Shown here: positions 11,966 through 20,825 of the stretch, piece after piece
How positions within the stretch are numbered: position 1 is the first letter of the stretch
Layout: every line of letters begins with the position of its first letter
Origin: Bdellovibrionota bacterium
GTDB taxonomy: Bacteria; Bdellovibrionota_C; UBA2361; OMII01
Length of the DNA stretch: 64,000 bases
Direction of reading: 5' to 3'
NCBI GenBank assembly: GCA_044356215.1
Contig: JBIKWQ010000004.1
Span: 16,205 to 80,204, forward strand
The notes under the pieces: model-generated
The model's database searches: none
The model's input: the letters and a program-made list of their open reading frames with translations, nothing else
Told to the model about the DNA's origin: nothing
Program-made: the position numbers and the translations under genes

Positions 11966-12502
11966 ATGGCTTTTAAGAAGAAACTCGATGATCGTAGGGT
12001 AACCGTAGAGCAGTGCGGTGAGCTCACTGATAAGACCGTTGGTATCAACCGTGTCGCTAAGGTTAGTAAGGGTGGTCGCCGATTCAGCTTCAGCGCACTC
12101 GTTGTTACAGGCGATGGACGTGGACATATCGGCTTCGGTCTTGGCAAATCGGTTGAGGTGCCAGACGCTATTCGTAAGGCATCAGAGCAGGCTCGTAAGC
12201 GCTTAGTGAAGATTCCTCTAAAGGGAACAACGATACCACACGACATCGTCGGCAAGTCTGGTCCAACGACTGTCATCCTAAAGCCTGGTTCTCCAGGAAC
12301 TGGAGTTATCGCGGGAGCTGCGGTGCGCGCGGTAATGGATGCTTGTGGTATTAAGGACATCCGTACCAAGTGCATCGGGTCAAGCACGGCTCAAAACGTT
12401 TTGAGAGCTACTATCGCTGGATTACTCGGACTAGAAGAGCCTGAGGTAGTTGCAGCGGTGCGTGGACTCAAGCTTGAGGATATGGGATATCGTCCTTTCT
12501 AA
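11966..12502 (+). CDS. rpsE: 30S ribosomal protein S5
   Basis: NRVAKVSKGGRRFSFSALVV, PGTGVIAG. Confidence 0.98.
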   Translation: MAFKKKLDDRRVTVEQCGELTDKTVGINRVAKVSKGGRRFSFSALVVTGDGRGHIGFGLGKSVEVPDAIRKASEQARKRLVKIPLKGTTIPHDIVGKSGPTTVILKPGSPGTGVIAGAAVRAVMDACGIKDIRTKCIGSSTAQNVLRATIAGLLGLEEPEVVAAVRGLKLEDMGYRPF

Positions 12503-12532
12503 TCAGAGAGAGAGTGAGAAGTAGGTTTGATT

Positions 12533-12715
12533 ATGAGCAAGGTAAGAGTAAAGCAGCTAAGAAGTAAGATCGGTCGTAATCCTGCGACAGTCAGAACGCT
12601 CAAGGCTTTAGGCCTCGGGTCGATCGGTAAGGAGAAGGAGTTAGCGCTCAATCCAAGTGTCCAGGGTATGATTGACTCTGTTAAGCACCTTGTTGAGGTA
12701 ACTCCGGTTAAGTAA
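12533..12715 (+). CDS. rpmD: 50S ribosomal protein L30
   Basis: RSKIGR...TLKALGL...GMIDSVKHLV; synteny. Confidence 0.93.
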   Translation: MSKVRVKQLRSKIGRNPATVRTLKALGLGSIGKEKELALNPSVQGMIDSVKHLVEVTPVK

Positions 12716-12747
12716 TTGCGATTTGCGTGTAGTTGGTGAGGTCGGTT

Positions 12748-13227
12748 ATGGCCAGTAAGAATGTTTTAACTTTGAATACTTTAAAGCCGATGCCTGGGGC
12801 GCGTAAGCCGCGCACCAGAGTAGGGCGCGGAGAGGGATCCGGTCACGGAAAGACCTCTGGTAAGGGCGGTAAGGGCCAGACGGCTCGTTCCGGTGGTAAG
12901 ATTCGCCCAGGATTTGAGGGAGGTCAGATGCCTCTTTACAGGCGTCTCCCTAAGGTTGGATTCACATCTCGCACTGAGGTTCGTGGTAAGAACGTTTACT
13001 CGATCGTGCGCTTGTCAGTTCTCGAGCGTCTCGATAACGGAGCAACTGTAGATGTAGCTAAGATTCAGTCGCTAGGATACGCCAAGAAGAGCTCTGAGCG
13101 CGCGGGCGTAAAGGTTCTCTCAGATGTTGAGAAGCTGACCAAGAAGTTACACGTTAAGGTTAACGCCATATCGGCTCAAGCGCGCGCTCAAGTAGAGGCG
13201 GCTGGTGGCACGGTGGAGTTAGTGTAA
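12748..13227 (+). CDS. rplO: 50S ribosomal protein L15
   Basis: RVGRGEGSGHGKTSGKGGKGQTARSG, FEGGQMPLYRRLPK. Confidence 0.98.
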   Translation: MASKNVLTLNTLKPMPGARKPRTRVGRGEGSGHGKTSGKGGKGQTARSGGKIRPGFEGGQMPLYRRLPKVGFTSRTEVRGKNVYSIVRLSVLERLDNGATVDVAKIQSLGYAKKSSERAGVKVLSDVEKLTKKLHVKVNAISAQARAQVEAAGGTVELV

Positions 13228-13255
13228 GGTAGCTATATTAGTTGCTGATTATGCG

Positions 13256-13304
13256 CGGACCGCGCCGATCTGCTTTTGTCAGGTTGGGCGGTCCGTAGTT
13301 TTTT
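13256..13304 (+). terminator. Terminator-like hairpin between rplO and secY
   Basis: CGGACCGC...GCGGTCCG outer stem with an extended inner stem, followed by TAGTTTTTT. Confidence 0.65.
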
Positions 13305-13411
13305 AAGCTGATTTTTGACCTCAAGTATCTGAAGATCACTGTGCGAAAGGGCTGTTTAAACGTATAGTGCCGATCGGGAATTTTAAGGGTTTAATTTATC
13401 AAAGGTATCGC

Positions 13412-14746
13412 ATGAATGGCTTGTTAGCGCTTTTCCAGATTCCGGAGCTAAAGAAGCGGCTTCTCTTTACTATTGGGATGCTCGCTGTGTATCGCTTCGG
13501 CGTGTTTGTTTCTACACCTGGTGTTGACGTGGATAAGATCCGCCAGATGTTTGAGTCAAACGCTAATACGCTTTTTGGCCTTATAAACCTGTTCTCGGGA
13601 GGAGCTCTTGAGCAGTTCTCGATCTTTACCCTCGGTATCTCGCCTTACATTACTGTCTCAATTATCATTCAACTTTTAACACCAAGCTTCCCGCATCTGG
13701 AGAATTTAAAGAAAGAGGGAGATGCTGGTCGTCGTGTAATCACCAGGTATACCCGTCAGGGAACTATTCTTCTCGCGCTTTTCCAGAGTTTTATGATCGC
13801 GCGGGCGCTGGAAGCCAAAGGACTCGCTACTCCAAGTTTAAGCTTTGAGCTGGTGACTATGATCACGCTGACAGCAGGAACAGCCTTTGTAATGTGGCTC
13901 GGTGAGCAGATTACTGAGCGCGGATTAGGAAATGGAACTAGCCTGATTATATTCGCCGGTATCGCCGCGCGCATGCCTTCTGTGTTTGGTTCAACTGTTG
14001 AGCTCGCACGCACAGGTGAGGTCTCGCCATTCACGATTATCGCGCTGATTCTCTTCTCGCTCTTCTCAATTTACGCAATTGTGTACGTTGAGCGCGCTCA
14101 CCGAAAGATCCCAGTCCAGTATCCGAGGCGTATGGTCGGTAAGCGGATGACACAGGCGCAGACTCAGTACATGCCTCTTAAGTTAAATATGACTGGAGTT
14201 ATCCCACCGATCTTCGCGTCAGCGATATTGATGGTTCCAGCTACTTTGGTGACTGTTCTTCCAGGGGCAGATCTCTCGGCTTTTGGTAAGTTCTTCACTC
14301 CGGGTTCTTGGGGATACGAGAGCATCTATGTCGCTTTGATCGTGCTATTTAGTTTCTTCTACACAGCGGTTGTGTTTAATCCAACTGAGGTGGCTGATAA
14401 CTTAAAGAAGAACGGTGGATTTATTCCGCTAGTGCGACCGGGTTCAGAGACTGCGGATTATCTCTACGGGGTTCTTACAAGACTGACACTCTGGGGCGCA
14501 ATCTACATCTCTCTAGTTTGTGTATTGCCTCAGGTGATTTACTTACAGATGGGAGCTTCGCAGTTCGCTTACGTCTTTGGCGGTACAGCTGTGCTGATCG
14601 TTGTTGGAGTTACTTTAGATACGGCTTCTCAGATCGAGTCGATGTTGGTCGCCCGCAACTACGAGGCGTTTATGTCCAAAAACTCCAAAGTGCGTGGTGG
14701 TGCTGGCTCAGCTAGTTACACACGTAACAGATTAGTTCGTCGATAG
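13412..14746 (+). CDS. secY: Preprotein translocase subunit SecY
   Basis: FSIFTLGISPYITVSII, WLGEQITERGLGNGTSLIIFAGI, GGTAVLIVVGV; ATG 13412 chosen as start. Confidence 0.98.
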   Translation: MNGLLALFQIPELKKRLLFTIGMLAVYRFGVFVSTPGVDVDKIRQMFESNANTLFGLINLFSGGALEQFSIFTLGISPYITVSIIIQLLTPSFPHLENLKKEGDAGRRVITRYTRQGTILLALFQSFMIARALEAKGLATPSLSFELVTMITLTAGTAFVMWLGEQITERGLGNGTSLIIFAGIAARMPSVFGSTVELARTGEVSPFTIIALILFSLFSIYAIVYVERAHRKIPVQYPRRMVGKRMTQAQTQYMPLKLNMTGVIPPIFASAILMVPATLVTVLPGADLSAFGKFFTPGSWGYESIYVALIVLFSFFYTAVVFNPTEVADNLKKNGGFIPLVRPGSETADYLYGVLTRLTLWGAIYISLVCVLPQVIYLQMGASQFAYVFGGTAVLIVVGVTLDTASQIESMLVARNYEAFMSKNSKVRGGAGSASYTRNRLVRR

Positions 14747-14787
14747 TCTCAGTCGTTTAATCCGGTCGGTAAATCACGGAGGAAGAT

Positions 14788-15360
14788 ATGCGGATCGTTC
14801 TTTTAGGACCACCAGGAGCGGGAAAGGGCACACAGGCTCTTCTTATTACCAAGAAGTACGCCATTCCACACATCTCAACGGGAGAGATCTTGCGTGAGCA
14901 GGTGGCGCTTCAGTCACCGCTAGGGTTAAAGGTGAAGGCTACCTTGGATGCTGGAGAGCTGGTAACTGATGATCTGATTATGGCGATCATTAAGGACAGG
15001 CTAGAGCGTCCTGATTGCGCTAAGGGCTTTCTACTCGATGGCATTCCTCGCACTATCAATCAATCAGAGATGCTGGATGCTATCTTGGCTAGGGCCGCTA
15101 CGCCTCTTACTCATGTGGTTCAGATTACTGTTCCGCAGCAGGTTATCATGGATCGGATCAAGAGCCGTGGTGTTGCCAGCCAAGGCGGCAGGTCAGATGA
15201 TTCAGCGGAGGTTGCCGCTCATAGGTATCAGGTATATCTGACTCAAACAGCGCCGCTGGCGGCTTTTTATAGGGACCAGGATTGCCTCCGTCAGGTAGAT
15301 GGTGTTGGAACGGTGGATGAGGTGTTTGAGCGCGTTTGCCGTGTGCTTGAGGGGGATTAA
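14788..15360 (+). CDS. adk: Adenylate kinase (short-LID type)
   Basis: GPPGAGKGTQ, HISTG, GFLLDGIPRT, short lid GRSDD with no Cys cluster. Confidence 0.96.
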   Translation: MRIVLLGPPGAGKGTQALLITKKYAIPHISTGEILREQVALQSPLGLKVKATLDAGELVTDDLIMAIIKDRLERPDCAKGFLLDGIPRTINQSEMLDAILARAATPLTHVVQITVPQQVIMDRIKSRGVASQGGRSDDSAEVAAHRYQVYLTQTAPLAAFYRDQDCLRQVDGVGTVDEVFERVCRVLEGD

Positions 15361-15363
15361 AGG

Positions 15364-16467
15364 GTGATTGCCCGAGCTTGGCTTGTATCGCGCACGTTGT
15401 GGCCACTATTGCTCTCGTTGCTCTCTTTCGCGACTTTTGTCTTGTCTGAGGTTTCGGCGGAAACTCCCCGAATTACTGTTGGTCTAGCTCTGCCTTTAAG
15501 TGGCGAAATGTCGAGATATGGGCTCGATATCCAGCGAGGAGCTCAGATGGCAAAGGAGGAGCTAGCCAAGAAGGGGATCGAGGTAGTGCTTATCTCGGAG
15601 GATACCCAGCTAATTCCGCGGATGGCGGCTACCGCGGCGCAAAAGTTAATTAATAGCGACCACGTTGATGTAGTTGTTAGCCTCTGGGATACGGCCGAGG
15701 CCGTGGCCCCAATCGCTGAGCAGCGGAGAACTCCTCATGTCAGTATTCGCTGGAATCACCGTGTAGCGGAGGAGTTTCCGCACACATTTACCTTCGAGAG
15801 TTCTTATGTAACCTGGATCCGAGCAACGCTGGATTTTCTTCGTTCAAAAGGGGTAAGGCGTCTGGCGTTGATGACTGATGAGTCCGGGGCCGGATGGGTG
15901 TTTGGGCGCGAGTATCTTCTTCAGGTAGTAGCGGATTATGGAATTGAATTGACTACCGATCAGCGTTTTATGGGCTCGACTGGGGATTTGAATTTAACGA
16001 TTTCAAAGCTTCTTGCGAGGCCCAGTGACTATATCTTGATGCTTCATTTCGGGGCGCCTCTAGTTGAAACCATGCGGCGTTTGTCTGAGAGGAAGATAGC
16101 TACTCCGATAATCGGCTACTTTGATGGAATGGAGCCGCCTATTAATGTAGAGGGGAGGTCCTTTGTCGCTCAGTTTGATACGCAGTCGTGGTTCGCTGAA
16201 CGTTTCACTGCGAGGTTTCCAGGGGAGAGACCGATAAGGGCGGCTTTCGGGTATGATCTGATATCGATCCTAGGGCAGATTGTCGAGAAAATTAATAGGA
16301 CACCAACTGAAGCTGAGATCTTAACGCACCTTAACGGAGTGCGTGATTACCCCGGGGCGACCGGACTGATCTCGTCAAATCAGTCTAGAGCGATTGAGAC
16401 TACCTGTGTTCTTAAAGAATTTAGGAATGGTGTTGCGGTTAAGATAGGGGAGGCTAATTCGCGGTAG
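15364..16467 (+). CDS. Type 1 periplasmic solute-binding protein (LivJ/branched-chain amino acid-like)
   Basis: Signal peptide, VGLALPLSG, EDTQ..P..AATAAQKLI, GYD, YPGATGLI motifs. Confidence 0.8.
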   Translation: MIARAWLVSRTLWPLLLSLLSFATFVLSEVSAETPRITVGLALPLSGEMSRYGLDIQRGAQMAKEELAKKGIEVVLISEDTQLIPRMAATAAQKLINSDHVDVVVSLWDTAEAVAPIAEQRRTPHVSIRWNHRVAEEFPHTFTFESSYVTWIRATLDFLRSKGVRRLALMTDESGAGWVFGREYLLQVVADYGIELTTDQRFMGSTGDLNLTISKLLARPSDYILMLHFGAPLVETMRRLSERKIATPIIGYFDGMEPPINVEGRSFVAQFDTQSWFAERFTARFPGERPIRAAFGYDLISILGQIVEKINRTPTEAEILTHLNGVRDYPGATGLISSNQSRAIETTCVLKEFRNGVAVKIGEANSR

Positions 16468-16523
16468 ACTGTGATTTCTCAGATGTTATCAACGCTGTGC
16501 TACAAACTAACGCCTGTATTTCT

Positions 16524-17861
16524 ATGACCCCAACTACCATAGTGATTATCGGAGGAGGCTGCAGCGGTACTCTAGCCGCCATACAGATTATGCGGCGAGT
16601 CAATCATCCTGCGCTCGACGTTATTCTGGTTGAGCGCGCACCTGCCGCCGCCAGGGGGCTCGCGTATGACGCGCCGAGTGATCGCTGTAAATTAAACGTG
16701 CCAGCGCGAGGCATGTCGGCTTTCCCTGATGAGCAAGACAGTTTTCTTGAATGGATGCGGGGTCACGATCCATCGGTCACTGGGGATGAGTTTATTTCAA
16801 GGAGAGTCTATGGCTCTTATCTTCAGGATCTATTGAGACTCCATGCAACCAATCAAAACGGAGCGTCTCTCCGCGTTATTTCAGATGAGGTGATAGATCT
16901 TCTTTTCCGGGCGGATACAAATAAGTGGGATGTCGTTCTTAAAGATAGGCCCGCTCTTAGCGCTGATTACTGCGTGCTTGCTCTGGGCAACTTGCGGCGA
17001 GTTAGCTTTTGCGGCGTTGAAGTGGCGTCCACTTTTTATGATCCTTACAAGCGTGGAACATACGAGTCATTATCCCGAGCGGATAGTCTATTGATTTTAG
17101 GAAGTGGTCTTACAGCGGTGGATAGCGTTATTGAAGCCGAGGGGAGTGGTTTCCGAGGTTCTTATACGATGCTGTCACGACATGGGCGAATACCGCTTCC
17201 GCACGAGCCTCCTGGTGATTCTCAGTCTTCGCGGCAGCTACCTTCCCCTGAGTCGCTAGCTGGTTTATCTCTTCGCTCGCTCACGAAACTTGTGGTGTCA
17301 CTGGCACGCGAGCAGGGATCGTCCCAAGGATTAATAGTCGCCCTACGTCCATATCTGCAGGAGATATGGCGCAGATTTTCGGATGTTGATAAGAAGCGTT
17401 TTTTGCGTCATGTGCGGCCGATCTGGGAGATCCACAGACATCGAATCCCTAAATCGCATTACGATTTATTAGAGGCACTTAAGAGAGATGGCCGACTGAC
17501 AGTGTTAGCGGGCCACTTAAAGCAGATTCAACGCGACTCAAACGGCGCTCATGTTAAGATAGAAACCCGTGACGCTTTTCTGGAACGCTCGTTTGGTGGG
17601 GCGATCCTCTGTGCTGGTCCTGAGGGAGATCTAAACAGGGTAGGAGATCAACTTGTTAAGAATATCCTGAAACGTGGCGTAATCAAAATGGGCCCCCTCG
17701 GTCTTGGCGGAGAGATCGTGGAGGACGCGCCTGGGAGCTCGCGGTTATTTATGATTGGACCTCTTCAGCGCGAATCGCTCTGGGAGATAACAGCAGTTCG
17801 CGAAATACGTGAGGAGGTTGTTAAGTTGGCAGATAGCTTGGCTATCAACACCGGTGAGTAG
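16524..17861 (+). CDS. FAD/NAD(P)-binding oxidoreductase (YdhS-like)
   Basis: IIGGGCSG, RGLAY, LNVPA..MSAFPD, GSGLTAVD, SRHG, WEIHRHRIP, WEITAVREIR. Confidence 0.8.
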   Translation: MTPTTIVIIGGGCSGTLAAIQIMRRVNHPALDVILVERAPAAARGLAYDAPSDRCKLNVPARGMSAFPDEQDSFLEWMRGHDPSVTGDEFISRRVYGSYLQDLLRLHATNQNGASLRVISDEVIDLLFRADTNKWDVVLKDRPALSADYCVLALGNLRRVSFCGVEVASTFYDPYKRGTYESLSRADSLLILGSGLTAVDSVIEAEGSGFRGSYTMLSRHGRIPLPHEPPGDSQSSRQLPSPESLAGLSLRSLTKLVVSLAREQGSSQGLIVALRPYLQEIWRRFSDVDKKRFLRHVRPIWEIHRHRIPKSHYDLLEALKRDGRLTVLAGHLKQIQRDSNGAHVKIETRDAFLERSFGGAILCAGPEGDLNRVGDQLVKNILKRGVIKMGPLGLGGEIVEDAPGSSRLFMIGPLQRESLWEITAVREIREEVVKLADSLAINTGE

Positions 17862-17877
17862 TTAGGCTATCTTCTGT

Positions 17878-18000
17878 TTAAAGCTTGGACCACGGCTTGG
17901 TAGGTGTATCACCGCTCTGTGCCGCCGCGCCCTGAACAGCGACAAATAAGCCGATTCCCGAGCACACATATCTGATTAAGTTCCTAGTGAAAGATTTCAT
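17878..18000 (-). CDS. Small ORF (40 aa): signal peptide plus about 13-aa mature part; not in the ORF track
   Basis: MKSFTRNLIRYVCSGIGLFVAVQGAAA|QSGDTPTKPWSKL*, preceded by an AAGGAG Shine-Dalgarno. Confidence 0.5.
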   Translation of the reverse strand: MKSFTRNLIRYVCSGIGLFVAVQGAAAQSGDTPTKPWSKL

Positions 18001-18322
18001 GGATTAACTCTCCTTCTGTAGCTTTTTGATGACTGCAAGCCCCTCATAGCTAGGGTCGGATGGTTTCTGAGAAAACTTTAAGCCTTTTTTGTAGCGAGCT
18101 TAAAAATATTTCTTAACTAGTCACCGGATTCTTTGGATCGTTGCAGTCATAACATCGCTTCTCTAGGCGGTCGTTTCTGGCTCTTATATCGGGAATTTTA
18201 TTGATAACTAGCTGATTTCAATGGTGGTCTGCGTGAAGCTTAGCGGTCGAATCTGTGATACTCTCTCGAGGCTATCAGCGAACAGCGATTAGTTCGGAAG
18301 AGCGGAAGTTTGGAGAGGAAGT

Positions 18323-19420
18323 ATGGCTAGTTTTGGTGGACCTAGGAGACCAGACGGTGGCTTAGCGCCAAAGGGGGATCAACCTGGGCAACATTCCACT
18401 GGCGCATCCCGGCAATCCCAGATCAATAGTACAGGTACTGGTAAGAAATCAGATCGTCCTGACGTCGATAGTAGCACTGATACCAATCCACCACCTCGTT
18501 CAGAAGTATCGATAGTTCGGGCGTTATTCGGCCCAGCGTTTGCGATAGGGGCAGGAAATACACTCTACATCGCGCAATTCGGTAATCATGTCCTAACTTT
18601 GGTTTATGCGTGACTTGCTGCTTTGTCATTCCTTAACTCGGCAAAGCCGGGATTCGTTAGTGGCATTTTGAGTGGAGGAATTAATAATGATCCACTAGAG
18701 GCCGAAAAAAAGCTGAGTGGTTTTAGTGGATTCATCAAGGAGAAGGTCTCGCGACCAGGAGTATGCTTAGCCGCTAACGGTGTAGCTTATGCGGTGACAG
18801 CTTTAGGTTATTTAGGATGGTTAGCGGCAGGTGGGCGGGATTTTGGTTTCACGGCGAATGATGTGGTTCAGATATTAGTCTGCGGCTTTTCGGCGGTTGG
18901 AGAGTTCGCTGGAGCAGCTCTTTGCAACAAAAACGCTTTGCAGCTAAACCGAGAGCCGTGGGGTCTTGAGAAAATCGCCACAACGATCTGGTCGAAGATA
19001 CCGACTGGCGTGCGCGCGTTTTTAAGTGATCCGGGGGCTATATTCTCTAACGTTAATGCGGTGCTCTACGGATGGACTTTCTACAAAGCCGGAGCTCTTT
19101 CAAGTGCCGTCTCGGGCTCTCAGTTGGCCTTAACCGCGGCGGGCAGTAGCTTTACGTTATTGGGAGCGTTCTTCGGAATATGTTCTGTCTTTTATGGTGC
19201 TGGCAAATGGGGCAAACCGTTACCAGTAACATTTAATAGCATCGGTAACTTCTTCAGTGGAGCGGCGATGATCTCGTTGGGGGTAGCGAGCGCTTCGCTA
19301 GTCCCAACGTTAATCGGCGCCGCGTCATTACTCTGGGCCTGGGGAAACGGATGTTATTCGGTAAATTCGATTCGTGAGACTTTTTTTACTAGTAAGCAAA
19401 ACTCGCCTACACCTCAATAA
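18323..19420 (+). pseudogene. Multi-pass membrane protein gene interrupted by one in-frame TGA (18611-18613)
   Basis: The 96-aa and 265-aa ORFs share one frame; junction reads HVLTLVYA*LAALSFLN, a continuous hydrophobic stretch; GGAGAGG SD-like sequence precedes 18323. Confidence 0.6.
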
Positions 19421-20789
19421 GCTCACCATAGCCAGGCACCAATGTATTCCACCCAAGCTCACGCCCTAGAGTGGCGCTGAAGCTCTTGGCACTATCAGGC
19501 TCGCCGTGAACAACAGCGACCTTGCCTGGCGTTCCAATGCACGAACGACACCACCTAATCAGCTCATTCTTATCGGCGTGAGCACTAAACCCGCTCATCT
19601 CTTGAATCTCGGCGCGTACTGGAACTTCTTCGCCAAAGAGCGTCATCGTAGTATTGCCGCGCTTAAGCCAATCACCACGCGATCCAGGGGGTTGAAATCC
19701 GACGAACAGGATCGTGTTGCGATCATCTGATACGCGGTGCTTCAGATGGTGTAAGATACGACCACCTGTAAGCATTCCACTCGCTGATATAATCACTATC
19801 GGCTCGTGTATCGAGTTAAGCTTAATCGACTCGGCGCGCTCACGGGTAAAATACATCTTGGGAACCTGGAAAGGTTGAAATCCTTTTTTTAGGAGAGCAA
19901 GCGCGGCGGCGTCGTACTCGTTTGTGTGTCCCTGGTAGATCGATGTGGCATCTCGCGCCATCGGGCTGTCTATAATTACAGGTATGTCAGGGATACGCTT
20001 CGCTGCCTTTAGCTCCCTTAAATAGTAGAGGATCGTTTGCGTACGACCAACGGCAAAGCTAGGGATGACTACCGCTCCGCCGCGTTTACTGGTGCGGTTG
20101 ATGATGTTCGCTAAGCGTTCGTGTGGGTCAACCTCTGTGTCATGAAGTCTGTCGCCATAGGTTGACTCAATCAGAAGTAGATCTCCTAAGGTCGCTGGCT
20201 GAGGATCAACAAGAATAGGTTGGTCGTAACGACCGATATCACCAGAGAAGACGATACGTTTATTGCCAATAGTTAAAGCGATAGAGCACGCTCCTACGAT
20301 GTGGCCCATCAGCGACCATTCAGCGAAGACCCCTGGCAGAACTTCAATTTTGGTATTAATTGGAGTCGGCTTGAGAAGGGTTAAAGCTGATTTGGCCTGC
20401 TCTTCCGTGTAAAGAGGTAGGGGAGGTGAGTGACGAGAGCTTTTGTGCTCGGATCTAAAAGACGCCTCCTCTTCTTGAAGTCTGGCGCTATCTAAAAGAA
20501 GGAGTCTGGTTAAATCCGCTGTCGCTGGAGAACACCAGACCGGCGCCTTTAGTCCTAGAGCGTGATAACGGGGCAGTATACCAGTGTGATCGATGTGAGC
20601 GTGTGTTAGAAGCCCCGCGTTTATCGCGCCTAAGTCGATCTCTGGGGGCGCCCAGTTCTTTTCTCGCCATGAGCGTTCCCCTTGGAACATCCCGCAGTCG
20701 ATTAGGATTTGGTGAGTGCCGTTTGATACCAGATATTTAGAACCGGTGACTGTACCGGCGGCGCCTAGGAAGCGGATGGTTAGTGGCAT
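19407..20789 (-). CDS. MBL-fold/beta-CASP metallo-hydrolase (RNA-processing nuclease family)
   Basis: THAHIDH, SGDIG, IESTYGDR, SASGMLTGGR, FSAHAD, VVHGE. Confidence 0.92.
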   Translation of the reverse strand: MPLTIRFLGAAGTVTGSKYLVSNGTHQILIDCGMFQGERSWREKNWAPPEIDLGAINAGLLTHAHIDHTGILPRYHALGLKAPVWCSPATADLTRLLLLDSARLQEEEASFRSEHKSSRHSPPLPLYTEEQAKSALTLLKPTPINTKIEVLPGVFAEWSLMGHIVGACSIALTIGNKRIVFSGDIGRYDQPILVDPQPATLGDLLLIESTYGDRLHDTEVDPHERLANIINRTSKRGGAVVIPSFAVGRTQTILYYLRELKAAKRIPDIPVIIDSPMARDATSIYQGHTNEYDAAALALLKKGFQPFQVPKMYFTRERAESIKLNSIHEPIVIISASGMLTGGRILHHLKHRVSDDRNTILFVGFQPPGSRGDWLKRGNTTMTLFGEEVPVRAEIQEMSGFSAHADKNELIRWCRSCIGTPGKVAVVHGEPDSAKSFSATLGRELGWNTLVPGYGELIEV

Positions 20790-20825
20790 AGTGACTCCTT
20801 AAAATAGACTGGGCTAGACAGTGAA

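Noticed and set aside
18611..18613. Alternative genetic code or selenocysteine at the in-frame TGA
   Set aside because: TGA terminates conserved genes elsewhere in the window, no other gene appears interrupted, and the context is a hydrophobic segment with no redox motif or evident SECIS
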